Assembly: GCA_963744995.1 (NCBI GenBank)
Contig: CAVUWA010000010.1
Coordinates: 768,001-832,000 of the forward strand
DNA length: 64,000 bases
Direction of reading: 5' to 3'
Source of the DNA: Candidatus Eiseniibacteriota bacterium
GTDB lineage: Bacteria > Eisenbacteria > RBG-16-71-46
Shown here in pieces: positions 43,550 to 52,795 of the stretch; the first letter of the stretch is position 1, and each line of letters starts with the position of its first letter. A model generated the notes under the pieces. The model saw only the letters and a list, made by a program, of their open reading frames with translations, made no database searches and was not told the DNA's origin. Made by a program: the position numbers and the translations under genes.

Positions 43550-44698
43550 CTACCCCGCCGCCACCACCTCTTCGCGCCCGTATTCCTTCACCACGCGATA
43601 GAGCGCGTCGCGCTGCACCGGCGTCTTCCCCGCCTCGCGGATCAGGTGGACCATGCCGTCCTCGGCCATACCCACCGGACTCCGCGCGAGGGCCGCGTGC
43701 GCGATTTTCTCCTGGCCGATCGTGCCGTCCATGTCGCTCGCGCCGAAGTTGATCGCGGCGCTCGCCGTGTCCTGACCGAGCATGATCCAGTAGCTCTTCA
43801 CGTGCGGCACGTTGTCGAACATCAGCCGCGACAGCGCGATCGTCTTGAGATCCTCGATCGCCGAGGCCTGGCGCCGCACCAGGCCGGTCACCCCGGGCTG
43901 GAACGCGAGCGGGATGAACGCGGAGAAGCCGGGCGCTTTGGTTTCGAGCTCGCGCAGGTCGATCAGGTGCTGCACGCGCTCGGCCCGCGTCTCGATGTGA
44001 CCGTAGAGCAGCGTTGCGTTGCTCGGAATGCCGAGCCCGTGCGCCACTTCGTGGATCTCGAGCCAGCGCTTCGCACCGATCTTCTGGTGGAAGATCTCGC
44101 GGCGCACGCGCTCGCTGAACACCTCGGCGCCGCCGCCCGGCAGCGCGTCGAGGCCGGCGTTGCGAAGCTCGGTGAGCACGTATTCCGCGGGCTTCTTCGT
44201 GAGCCGGCAGAAGAAATCGATCTCGACCGCCGTGTAGGCCTTGACGCTCAGCTCCGGCTTCTTCGCCTTCACCCAGCGGATCACGTCGAGGTAGTCGTCG
44301 AAACGCCATTTGTTGTGCAGCCCGCCGACGATGTGGATCTCGGTGATCTCGGGGTCCACGTGCGCCTCGATCTCCTCACGCGTCATCGTGTAGGCGTCCG
44401 GCGCGCCGGGTTTCTTCGCGTAATCGCAGAACTTGCACGCCAGCACGCAGACGTTGGTCGGGTTCAGCTGGCGGTTCACGGTGAAGTACACGTGGTCGCC
44501 GTGCAGATCGCGGGCGTAGGCGTTGGCGAGCCGACCGAGCTCCATCACCGGCGCGTCGAACAGCAGGATGCCGTCCTCCTGCGTCAGCGATTCGCCCGCC
44601 ATGAGCTTCTCGCGGGCGGCGAGCACCTGCCTGTCCTTGAGGCGGACCGCGCCGAGATGCTCGTGCGAGCGCGCGTTCCAGTCGATGAGCTTGCGCAA
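43550..44698 (-). CDS. mqnE: Aminofutalosine synthase (radical SAM)
   Basis: VYFTVNRQLNPTNVCVLACKFCDY, EIHIVGGLH, VKAYTAVEI, PGGGAEVF, SNATLLYGHIET, FIPLAFQP, HVKSYWIM. Confidence 0.88.
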   Translation of the reverse strand: MRKLIDWNARSHEHLGAVRLKDRQVLAAREKLMAGESLTQEDGILLFDAPVMELGRLANAYARDLHGDHVYFTVNRQLNPTNVCVLACKFCDYAKKPGAPDAYTMTREEIEAHVDPEITEIHIVGGLHNKWRFDDYLDVIRWVKAKKPELSVKAYTAVEIDFFCRLTKKPAEYVLTELRNAGLDALPGGGAEVFSERVRREIFHQKIGAKRWLEIHEVAHGLGIPSNATLLYGHIETRAERVQHLIDLRELETKAPGFSAFIPLAFQPGVTGLVRRQASAIEDLKTIALSRLMFDNVPHVKSYWIMLGQDTASAAINFGASDMDGTIGQEKIAHAALARSPVGMAEDGMVHLIREAGKTPVQRDALYRVVKEYGREEVVAAG

Positions 44699-44794
44699 GG
44701 GTTCACTCCTTCCGGCGAAATCGAGGTGCGCAGTATAGCGCGACGGCGCGGACGCTGCTGGCTGCGGCGCCGCGCCGCATGCGGCCGAACCGCG

Positions 44795-45769
44795 TCAGTC
44801 GCTGTCGCCCGCCGGGTCTTCCTCGACGATCCGCACGTGGGGACGCGGCGTGCGCCTCACACGCAGCTCGAACACGTCCGGCCGCCCGTAGTGGCCGGCC
44901 GCGTCGAGCTGCCAGCGCGGCCCGACCATCTGCTGCGGATCCACGTCGGCGTAGAGGATCGTCTCCTCTTCCTTCGCTGGGCCGGCGAGCACCTTGCCGT
45001 CCGGATCCACGATCACCGAATGCCCCGGATTGATCCACTCGGGCGCGTCTTTCAGATAGGCTTCCTTGAACGCGAGCGCGTCGGGAATGTCCGCCTTCCG
45101 GAACGCCTGGCAGCAGCCGATCACGAAGCATCGGCTCTCCTTGCCGATGTGACGCATGGATGAGATCCACGGCTCGCCGCGATCCCACGTCGGCGCGACG
45201 TGGATCTGCTCGCCCCACGCGTACAGCGCGTGGCGGGCGAGCGGCATGTAGTTCTCCCAGCAGATGAGCCCGCCGACGCGGGCGAACGGGAGGGTGAACA
45301 CCTCGAGATCGCTGCCGTCCCCCTGCGCCCAGACCAGTCGTTCACCCGCGGTGGGGATCAGCTTGCGGTGCCGGCCGAGCAGCGCGCCGTCGGGACCGAT
45401 GAAGAGCAGCGTGTTGTAGAGGCTTGCGTCGCTCGCTTCCGTGTTGCGCTCGTTGATGCCCGCCGCCACCGCGATGCCCGCCTCGGCAGCCGCGTGCTGC
45501 AGCCGCTCGACGGCCGGGCCCGGGACGCTCAGCGAGCCGGCGTGGAGCTTCGCGTACAGCTCCCGCAGCGGCTTCGTGTGCCCCGGGGGGATGAACCACA
45601 CCCACAGCGGATAGCCCGGAATGAACGCCTCAGGCAGCACGGCCAGCGATGCGCCGCCCGCCGCGGCCTCGGCAATCAGCCGGCAGGCCTTGTCGAGCGT
45701 ACGATCGAGATCGAGGAACACCGGAGCGGCCTGAATGGCGGCGATGCGAAACGGCGCGGGATCGGGCAA
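44795..45769 (-). CDS. Nitrilase / carbon-nitrogen hydrolase
   Basis: AAIQAAPV, LPEAFIPGYP (E), HRKLIPT (K), GLICWENYMP (C), DAAGHYGRPDVF. Confidence 0.92.
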   Translation of the reverse strand: MPDPAPFRIAAIQAAPVFLDLDRTLDKACRLIAEAAAGGASLAVLPEAFIPGYPLWVWFIPPGHTKPLRELYAKLHAGSLSVPGPAVERLQHAAAEAGIAVAAGINERNTEASDASLYNTLLFIGPDGALLGRHRKLIPTAGERLVWAQGDGSDLEVFTLPFARVGGLICWENYMPLARHALYAWGEQIHVAPTWDRGEPWISSMRHIGKESRCFVIGCCQAFRKADIPDALAFKEAYLKDAPEWINPGHSVIVDPDGKVLAGPAKEEETILYADVDPQQMVGPRWQLDAAGHYGRPDVFELRVRRTPRPHVRIVEEDPAGDSD

Positions 45770-45885
45770 GGTCGGATTCCTCTTCGGAGACGAGCGGGAA
45801 GGGCCGGATTCCGGGCGATCCTAGCGGATCCCTGCGACTGCTGCCGGGCGTCGCGTGGCCGGGGCGGCCGGACGCCGCAGCGGTG

Positions 45886-46614
45886 CTACCCCGCCAGGAA
45901 GCGCCGCAGAAAGCGAATCGGGCGATCGCGTTCGTTGCTCAGCGAGTCGGATGCCCGCAACCATGCTTCGCAGTACGTCTCGAAGCCGTCGAGCGTGGCA
46001 GGCTCCCCCGGGCGAACCGCCCGCGCCGCGTCGACGGTGAGCGCCAGCAGGGCGCGCGAGGCTTGCACGGCCTGCCGGCCGGACGCCGAGAGACCGTCCG
46101 TGTCCGTGCCGCACCAGGCGAGGTCGCCCGCCTCGTGGCCCTGGCGCTCCGCGCCCGCGTAGCGTCTGATGCGCCGGATCGCCCCGGGGCGCGGACCGTC
46201 CGCTGCCTCGCGCTCGACATGGCCGGGCGCGAACGAATCCTGCACGGCATGCAGCGCGTCTCCGAGCGCCTGCGAGGCGGTGATCGCACGCCGTGCGGCG
46301 TCAGCCGTCGCACCGGAAGTCGCGGCATGCTGCGAGCGGAGCCGCCGGGCGGCCTCGGTCGCTCTTTCCCGGACCCACTGCAGCGCATCGGCGTGCGCCT
46401 CGCGCTCGCTCCGGCCGTCGAAACTCCGCATGAAGTGATGGCACTGCGCCGCATTGCGCCAGTGGCCGAGCGTCACGACGTCGATGAGGTCGCGCGCGAC
46501 GACGCGCCGGGCGGCGCCCGCCTCCGCCAGGGCGACGCACAGCGGATCCCCCTCCCCGGCGAGCTGCCGCAGGGCCTCGTTCGTGATCTTCGTGTGGCCG
46601 GCGAGCGAGCTCAT
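45886..46614 (-). CDS. Hypothetical protein with Zn-dependent phospholipase C/P1 nuclease/Het-C-like motif
   Basis: N-terminal GHTKIT.EAL, then HHFMR and LGDALHAVQDSFAPGH, with a later HEAGD. Confidence 0.5.
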   Translation of the reverse strand: MSSLAGHTKITNEALRQLAGEGDPLCVALAEAGAARRVVARDLIDVVTLGHWRNAAQCHHFMRSFDGRSEREAHADALQWVRERATEAARRLRSQHAATSGATADAARRAITASQALGDALHAVQDSFAPGHVEREAADGPRPGAIRRIRRYAGAERQGHEAGDLAWCGTDTDGLSASGRQAVQASRALLALTVDAARAVRPGEPATLDGFETYCEAWLRASDSLSNERDRPIRFLRRFLAG

Positions 46615-46629
46615 GGGCGTGCGCCGGGT

Positions 46630-47541
46630 TCAGGCATCGGCAGTCAGCGCGGCCGCCCGGCGGCAGATCTCCCGGTTCGCGGGCGCGGGGATGCCGTGCT
46701 TCCCGCCGAAGCGCACCACGGCACCATTGCGGGCATCCACTTCGAGCGTGCGGCCGGCACGCCGGTCGGTGAGCATCGACGTCACCCTGTCGGGGGGCGC
46801 CTGCTGCAGGCTCTCGACGATGTCGTCGGCGATGGACGCTTCGAGCGTGGCACCTTCGGCGCGTCCCACCGCGGCGCACTCGAGGATCAGCGCCCTCGCG
46901 GTGCGTGCGATTCCGGGGTCGCGGAAGATCGCCATCGTCCGGTTCTCGAGCGCCGGAATCGCTCCCGTCACGTTGAGGCACAGCTTCTTCCACAGCACGG
47001 TGGTGAAATCGCGATGCTCGGAGACCTCGATGTTCCCGCGTACGAACATCTCGACGAGCCCCGGCCCGGTCCCGAACGGCAGCAGGAGCTGCATGGGCCC
47101 GCGCATCACCACCCGGCCGGGACCGGTCCGATGCGCGGGGCAGTCCACCACCACCGGCACGATCGTCGCGCCGTTCGCGAAGGGCAGGACGCGCTCACGG
47201 TGCTCGACGCCGTTCTGGAGCACGGCGACGCTGGTCGCGGGCCGGCACAGAGCGTCCAGCCACGCCGCGGCGCCGACCGTGTCGTGGGCCTTGGTGGCCA
47301 GGATCACGAATTCCGTCGGCACGGCGTCCTCGGGCGAGATGAGTTGCGCCGGTTCCGCGACCGTCGTTCCGCCCGGCAGCTCCACCTCGATGCGGTCGAA
47401 CGGGGTGCGCACGCACGCGGTCACGGCGTGCTCGCCCGTGCGGCACAGATGCGCGGCGAGGATCCCGCCGATCGCGCCCACGCCCACGATGGCGACTTCG
47501 AACCCCGGGTCCCCGGTGGGATTCGCGCCGGTCTCATCCAC
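46630..47541 (-). CDS. panE: 2-dehydropantoate 2-reductase family
   Basis: GVGAIGG, ILATKAH, VLQNGV, LWKKLCLN, TSMLTD…G..LEVDARNGAVV, PANR. Confidence 0.8.
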   Translation of the reverse strand: MDETGANPTGDPGFEVAIVGVGAIGGILAAHLCRTGEHAVTACVRTPFDRIEVELPGGTTVAEPAQLISPEDAVPTEFVILATKAHDTVGAAAWLDALCRPATSVAVLQNGVEHRERVLPFANGATIVPVVVDCPAHRTGPGRVVMRGPMQLLLPFGTGPGLVEMFVRGNIEVSEHRDFTTVLWKKLCLNVTGAIPALENRTMAIFRDPGIARTARALILECAAVGRAEGATLEASIADDIVESLQQAPPDRVTSMLTDRRAGRTLEVDARNGAVVRFGGKHGIPAPANREICRRAAALTADA

Positions 47542-49717
47542 CCGGGCCGCCTTCGCCGTCCGCGGCGCGGGCCGCCGAGCTGCCGAACAGCCGGATGAAC
47601 TCCGGATCGTCGTGCAGGCTCTTCATGTCGGGATCACGGACCGGCCAGTCGGTGATGTAGTCCTTCACGCGTTCGAGCGCCGCACGGAGCTCGGCCAGCG
47701 CGCGCTCCTTCTGCCCGGCGAGCGCGAACGCGCAGGCCACGTTGTAGCGCAGCCGCCCGTCGTCCGGTGCGAGCGCACCGGCGAGCTCCGCCTGCACGAT
47801 GCCCTGTTCGACCTGGCCCGTACGGACGAGCGAGATCGCCATGAACGCCCGGCTGAGGGCATCGTCGGGATTGCGGCGCAGGTGCTCGATCTCGCTCTCC
47901 AGCTCGCGCTGAAGCATGGCTTTCGCCTCTTCGCGGCGCCCGAGCGCATCGTAGACGTTGGCGAGGTAGCTCACGGGCACGAAGCGGTCGGGATGGTCCC
48001 GTACCAGCGGCTCGAGGACGGCGGCGGCCTCCGCATGCCGGCCCAGCGCCATGTAGCTCCATGCCACCCACTCGCGCGCGTTCGGATCGCGCGGGTTGCG
48101 CTCGGCCAGCCTCGCGAGTGACTCGAGCAACCCCTGCCGGTCGCCGGCCAGACGCAGGAGCATCGAATTCACGACGTGCGCTTCCGGCAGGTCGGGGTCC
48201 AGCGCGAGCGCCCGTTCCGCGTGCGGCCGCGCGAGCTTCGCGACTTCGGTCTGCGACCCCCACCAGCGCATGCCGCGCAGCGCGTAGCACTGGCCGAGCA
48301 TCGCATGGGCCAGCGCGAAGTCCGGATCGAGCGTCACCGCCTCCTTGAGCAGCGCCTCGGCGCGGCGGTTGTCGTCGCGGCCCTTGTCGAGCAGGTCCAC
48401 CGCACGCAGGTAGTACGTGTAGGCCTCGCGGCTCATGGTGGGCGAGCGGTCGAGCATCTCGCGCTCCTCGGGCTTCAGCGCGACCTGCAGCGAATCGACG
48501 ATGCGCTTCGATACCTCGGCCTGCATGTCGAACAGATCTTCGAGCGTGCGGTCGAAGCGTTCGGCCCACATGGTGTGGCCGTCGTGCGCGCGCACCAGCT
48601 GCACCGAGATGCGCGCGCGATTGCCGGCGCGCCGCACGCTGCCGAGCAGCAGGTAGTCCGTGTCGAGCTCACGCGCCAGCGTGCGCGGCGGCAGCTGGCG
48701 GTCGCGGTACGGCTGGACCTCGGCGCGCGAGGCGACCTCGATGTGCTCGAGGCGCATGAGGTCCACGATGAGATCGTCCACCAGCCCGTCGGCGAGGAAG
48801 CGGTCGTCGGGGTCGGTGCTCATCAGGTCGAAATACAGCACCGCGATCCGCGGCGATGCGGGCGTCGCGGGCGCGGCGGGTTTCGCCGCCTCCGCGGGCG
48901 CCATCTCGACGAGGCAGCATTTGAGGTCGGCCATCATGTCCTCGGCGCGCGAGTAACGGTGGTCCGGCTCCTTGCGCAGCAGCTTCATCACCGTGTAGTC
49001 GAGGTCCTGGCGCAGCCCCTCGCGCAGCGTGCCCGGCGCGGGAGGATTCTCGTGCAGCACCTGATACGTCACGGCCTCGAACGTCTCGCCCTCGAACGGG
49101 CGCTTCCCCGTGAGCGCCTGATAGAGGATCACGCCGAGCGACCACAGGTCGCTGCGGTTGTCGGGCGGCAGGCCGCGGATCTGTTCAGGGCTCATCGCGA
49201 GCGGCGTGCCGACGGCGAGCCCGGTCGCCGTCATGCGCGTCGCGCCCCTCACGCTGGCGATGCCGAAGTCGAGGATCTTGGGGCCTCTGGGCGACATGAT
49301 GATGTTCGCGGGCTTCAGGTCGCGGTGCACGATGCCGAGCGCGTGGACTTCAGCGAGCGCATCGGCGATGTCGAGCGCGAGCTGCAACGCCTCTTCGGTC
49401 GACATCGGCCCGCGCGCGAGGCGCTGCTCCAGCGTCTCGCCCTCGACCTTCTGCATCACGATGTACGGCCGGCCGTCGGCGATCCCGGCTTCGTACACGG
49501 TCACGACCGCCGGGTGGTCCACGCTCGCCGCCGCCTGCGCTTCGCGCTGCAGCCGCTCGACCGCCTCCGCGTCGCCGGCCAGATGCCGCGGCAGCAGCTT
49601 CACCGCCACCTGCCGCGGGAGCTGCGTGTCCTCGGCGAGCCAGACTTCGCCCATCGCGCCTTTGCCGATGGGCTCGATCAGACGATAGTGCGAAATGGTG
49701 ACGGGTTCGGCGCTCAT
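47534..49717 (-). CDS. Hanks-type Ser/Thr protein kinase with TolB-like and TPR domains
   Basis: IGKGAMGEV, VAVK, HRDLKPANI, DFGIA, SPEQ, DLWSLG; IAVLYF…GSVRRAGNRARISVQL; TPRs. Start placed at ATG 49717 after TACTAT-N7. Confidence 0.92.
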   Translation of the reverse strand: MSAEPVTISHYRLIEPIGKGAMGEVWLAEDTQLPRQVAVKLLPRHLAGDAEAVERLQREAQAAASVDHPAVVTVYEAGIADGRPYIVMQKVEGETLEQRLARGPMSTEEALQLALDIADALAEVHALGIVHRDLKPANIIMSPRGPKILDFGIASVRGATRMTATGLAVGTPLAMSPEQIRGLPPDNRSDLWSLGVILYQALTGKRPFEGETFEAVTYQVLHENPPAPGTLREGLRQDLDYTVMKLLRKEPDHRYSRAEDMMADLKCCLVEMAPAEAAKPAAPATPASPRIAVLYFDLMSTDPDDRFLADGLVDDLIVDLMRLEHIEVASRAEVQPYRDRQLPPRTLARELDTDYLLLGSVRRAGNRARISVQLVRAHDGHTMWAERFDRTLEDLFDMQAEVSKRIVDSLQVALKPEEREMLDRSPTMSREAYTYYLRAVDLLDKGRDDNRRAEALLKEAVTLDPDFALAHAMLGQCYALRGMRWWGSQTEVAKLARPHAERALALDPDLPEAHVVNSMLLRLAGDRQGLLESLARLAERNPRDPNAREWVAWSYMALGRHAEAAAVLEPLVRDHPDRFVPVSYLANVYDALGRREEAKAMLQRELESEIEHLRRNPDDALSRAFMAISLVRTGQVEQGIVQAELAGALAPDDGRLRYNVACAFALAGQKERALAELRAALERVKDYITDWPVRDPDMKSLHDDPEFIRLFGSSAARAADGEGGPGG

Positions 49718-49784
49718 GGCGGCGATAGTAGTCATCCGGGCGGCATGCGGCCACCGCGAGGACGCGCGCGGCCCGGGCGGCGGC

Positions 49785-50342
49785 TCAGCCCTCCTCGAAT
49801 CTCAAGGCCGGCAGACCGTCGATGCTCCGCGCGTTGTTCTCGCGCTGGTATTCGGCCACCCCCTGTGCGCCCTTGCGATCGACCCACGCCGTGAGCTGCG
49901 TGCGCTCCTGCTCGTAGCGGTAGCGCGGCACGCCGAACCCGCACGAGTCGCTGATCCGTGTCAGGTCGACCCGGATCACCGCCCGCACGCCATCCAGCGC
50001 GGCCGGGAACTGCGCGGCGAGCGCCGCGAATTCCGGAGCGCCATGCTCGACGACCGTGCCGCGACCGTGCAGGCGCACGATGTTCGGCGCGCCCTCGAAC
50101 GCGCAGAACATGATCACGATGCGCCCGTTGTCGCGCAGATGGGCGATCGTCTCGGCGCCGCTGCCCGTGTAGTCGAGGTAGGCGACTTGTCGCGGACCGA
50201 TGATCCGAAACGTATCGAGCCCTTTGGGTGAGCAGTTCACGTGGCCGCCATCGCCGGAAGGCGCGGTCGCCACGAAGAACACGTGCTGACGCCCGATGAA
50301 CTCGCGCACTCTGCCGTCGATCGCCTCGAAGCTCTTACTCAT
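49785..50342 (-). CDS. Pyridoxamine 5'-phosphate oxidase-family FMN-binding protein
   Basis: QHVFFVATAP…HVNCSPKG, YLDYTGSGAETIAHL, MFCAFEG.P.I.RLHG, SCGFGVP, NARSIDGLP. Confidence 0.85.
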   Translation of the reverse strand: MSKSFEAIDGRVREFIGRQHVFFVATAPSGDGGHVNCSPKGLDTFRIIGPRQVAYLDYTGSGAETIAHLRDNGRIVIMFCAFEGAPNIVRLHGRGTVVEHGAPEFAALAAQFPAALDGVRAVIRVDLTRISDSCGFGVPRYRYEQERTQLTAWVDRKGAQGVAEYQRENNARSIDGLPALRFEEG

Positions 50343-50396
50343 CGTCGCTCCCTGCCGGCCGGTCGCGCGCGCTGCGCTGCCGGCCTGGCGCCGGCC

Positions 50397-51206
50397 TCAT
50401 TCTTCTCTGAAACGTGGATCGAAGCTCTGCGTTCCGTCGAAGCGCGCGAACGTGCCTTCGCGCGCGATCTCCTCCGCCGCCTGCATGAACGCCGTCAGCG
50501 CGACGCGCGCGAGGGCGCCGCCCACGCTGATCCGGCGCACGCCGGCCACCGCCAGCTCCGCAACCGTGGTGAAGCCGCCGTTGGCGAGGACGTTCACCGG
50601 CTTCGGCGCCACCGCGCGCACCACCGCCTCGATGTCGCCGCGCGCGCGCAGCCCGGGTGCGTACAGACAGTCCGCGCCGGCCTCCGCGTAGGCGACCAGC
50701 CGTCGGATCGTCTCATGCAGATCCGGCCGCCCGCAGATGAAGCCTTCCGAGCGCCCGGTGAGCAGCACGCCGGTTCCGCTCTCGTCGATCGCCGTGCGCG
50801 CCGCGCGCATCCGCTCGACCGCGAGCGGCAACTCGAACAGCGGTTCTTCGACGTCCCCCGTCGAGTCCTCGATCGAGAGCCCGGCGATGCCGGTGCGCAC
50901 CGCGCGCGCCACGTTTCCGGCGACCCGCTCGGGCTCGACCGCGTAACCACCCTCGAAGTCGGCGTTGACCGGCACCTCGACCGCCGCGGCCATCGCCGCG
51001 AGATGCGCGAGCGTCTGCTCGAGCGTGACCTGCGTGTCGGCGTGCGCCATCGACCAGGCGAAGCCCGCGCTGGTGGTAGCGAGCGCCTTGAAGCCCGTCT
51101 GCTCGAGCAGCCGCGCACTGCCCGCATCCCACGGATTCGGCATCACGAAGCAGCCGGCTTCGTGGAGCCGGCGGAAGGTCCGGATGCGCGTGTCGGGCAG
51201 TGTCAT
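50397..51206 (-). CDS. Isocitrate lyase/PEP mutase family protein
   Basis: PNPWDAGSA, ALATTSAG, PVNADFEGGY, GLSIED, AGADCLYAPG, GVRRISVG. Confidence 0.9.
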   Translation of the reverse strand: MTLPDTRIRTFRRLHEAGCFVMPNPWDAGSARLLEQTGFKALATTSAGFAWSMAHADTQVTLEQTLAHLAAMAAAVEVPVNADFEGGYAVEPERVAGNVARAVRTGIAGLSIEDSTGDVEEPLFELPLAVERMRAARTAIDESGTGVLLTGRSEGFICGRPDLHETIRRLVAYAEAGADCLYAPGLRARGDIEAVVRAVAPKPVNVLANGGFTTVAELAVAGVRRISVGGALARVALTAFMQAAEEIAREGTFARFDGTQSFDPRFREE

Positions 51207-51260
51207 GACGGAACCGTAGCGGGCGCGGGCACAGCGCGCAAAGCCAAAGCCGCCGCAAGG

Positions 51261-51345
51261 TCAACGGTCGTGGTCCTCGAGCGTGAACTGGATGGGCATC
51301 GCGACCCACACGGCCATGGGCTCATCACCCAAGAGGCGCCATGCG
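51261..51345 (-). pseudogene. Remnant resembling the extreme C-terminus of a TonB protein
   Basis: Translation …DEPMAVWVAMPIQFTLEDHDR* resembles the TonB C-terminal strand; upstream sequence in this frame does not look protein-like. Confidence 0.4.
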
Positions 51346-51461
51346 CCGCGCCTCCGGGAGCGTCCCGGGAAGGCCCCGAGCCTGCTCCTTCGCCCGAGGC
51401 GCAGGACAGTGAACGGGGTTGGTGTGCGCCGGGGCCCGTCGCCCTCCCGCCGGAACACGCT

Positions 51462-52547
51462 CTACCTCCCGGCGCGACTCACTTCGGCGCCCGCTCCGCC
51501 CGCCGCGTCCGCGAGATCCATCGCCAGCTTCGCCATCTCGCCCGAGCGCGAACCCTTGCCCCACGTGTTCGAGAGCACGACGCCGACGGTCTTCGTCTCC
51601 ACGTAGATCGCGATGCCGGCCTGCAGACCGGGATTGGCGCCCGTGGCGTAGATGTAGCGCCCGTCGGCCGGACCGCTGCCGAACCAGTCCTCCGACCACA
51701 GGACGTCCCACTCGGCGCGCGGCAGCAGGCCGGGCGCGCACAGGGCCGTGCCGAAACGTGCGACGTCGTCCACGGTCGAATTGATGTTCCCACCGCCCGC
51801 GTTGAAGCTGTAGTCCCAGGTCGGCACGACGAACAGCGTATCGCTCTCGCGATAGGTCCACGGCTGGTAATAGCTGTAGCGGCGGACGCGGTGCGGCAGC
51901 GGGCGCAGGATGTCGTCGAACGACGTGTGCTCGAGATCGAGCGGTCGCATGATCCGCTCCGTCACGACCTCCGTGAACGGCTTTCCCTCGACTCGCTCGA
52001 TCACGGCCGCAATGAGGTTGTAGTTCGAGCTGGAGTAACGCTGGTCGGTCCCCGGCTCGAACAGCAGCGAGTCGTTCTCGAACACCTCCACCGCGTCCAC
52101 GGCCCGGTCGTAGTGCGTGGCGAACAGCTTCGGTGTTCGATTCGTGGGATGCGGGATCCCGGACCGGTGCGTCGCAAGCATGCGGATCGTGATGTCGGTC
52201 TTCGACTTCTTCGGGAACGACGGAAGGTATTTCTGCACGGGCGCGTCGAGGTCGATGCGGCCTTCGGCGACGAGCTGCAGCAGCGTCACGGCGGTGAACA
52301 GCTTCGTCAGGCTCGCGATGCCGAAGCGGGACGCCGCGGTGACCGGCACCTCGTTCTCGAGATCGGCGAGACCGAGCGTGTCGCGGTACACGATTTTGCC
52401 GTCGCGCATGACCTCGGCTGCGAGACCGACGTTCTCCTGCTTCTCGTGCACGTTCAGGATCAGCGCGTGCAGTTCCGCATCCGACGGCCGCGCCGCACAC
52501 GGGCTCGCGGCGAGCGCGAGCAGAACGATGACTGACATGACTTTCAT
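51462..52547 (-). CDS. Secreted serine hydrolase (class C beta-lactamase/PBP-like)
   Basis: GGAGG SD, signal peptide, FGIASLTK (SxxK), LATHRSGI, FEPGT..RYSSSNY, AGGGNINSTVDD. Confidence 0.88.
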   Translation of the reverse strand: MKVMSVIVLLALAASPCAARPSDAELHALILNVHEKQENVGLAAEVMRDGKIVYRDTLGLADLENEVPVTAASRFGIASLTKLFTAVTLLQLVAEGRIDLDAPVQKYLPSFPKKSKTDITIRMLATHRSGIPHPTNRTPKLFATHYDRAVDAVEVFENDSLLFEPGTDQRYSSSNYNLIAAVIERVEGKPFTEVVTERIMRPLDLEHTSFDDILRPLPHRVRRYSYYQPWTYRESDTLFVVPTWDYSFNAGGGNINSTVDDVARFGTALCAPGLLPRAEWDVLWSEDWFGSGPADGRYIYATGANPGLQAGIAIYVETKTVGVVLSNTWGKGSRSGEMAKLAMDLADAAGGAGAEVSRAGR

Positions 52548-52608
52548 GGGGTGCCTCCTGGCCGGGGAGCGCAGGAGGACATCATGCGGCATTCATGCCT
52601 CATCACGA

Positions 52609-52634
52609 AGGGGTCCGGTGTGAACCGGACCCCT
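52609..52634. terminator. Perfect 11-bp stem hairpin between DUF5916 and serine hydrolase genes
   Basis: aggggtccggt-gtga-accggacccct. It has no long U tract, so terminator function is uncertain. Confidence 0.4.
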
Positions 52635-52795
52635 CGCTCTCCCGCCCGGTCAAGAGTCGGGAGGACGCCGCGGAGGGGAGGGATGAGCTTCTCCGCGGGT
52701 CGTCGTCGCCGGCGCCGCGAGGCGGGGTGGGCGCACCGGGGGCGTCCAGATCCCGCCCGCGGACACCGGCATCTTCGCTGTCGTTCCACGCCGCG

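Noticed and set aside
42462..44309. 615-aa ORF suggesting a long or fused radical SAM protein overlapping mqnE
   Set aside because: The N-terminal ~310 aa is an off-frame read of mqnE plus intergenic DNA. The recognisable protein begins at 43373 behind its own promoter.
51462..52547. Antibiotic-resistance call for the serine hydrolase (and for the MBL-fold gene at 34093-35001)
   Set aside because: Family-level motifs only. Both folds are mostly non-resistance hydrolases and there is no mobile context.
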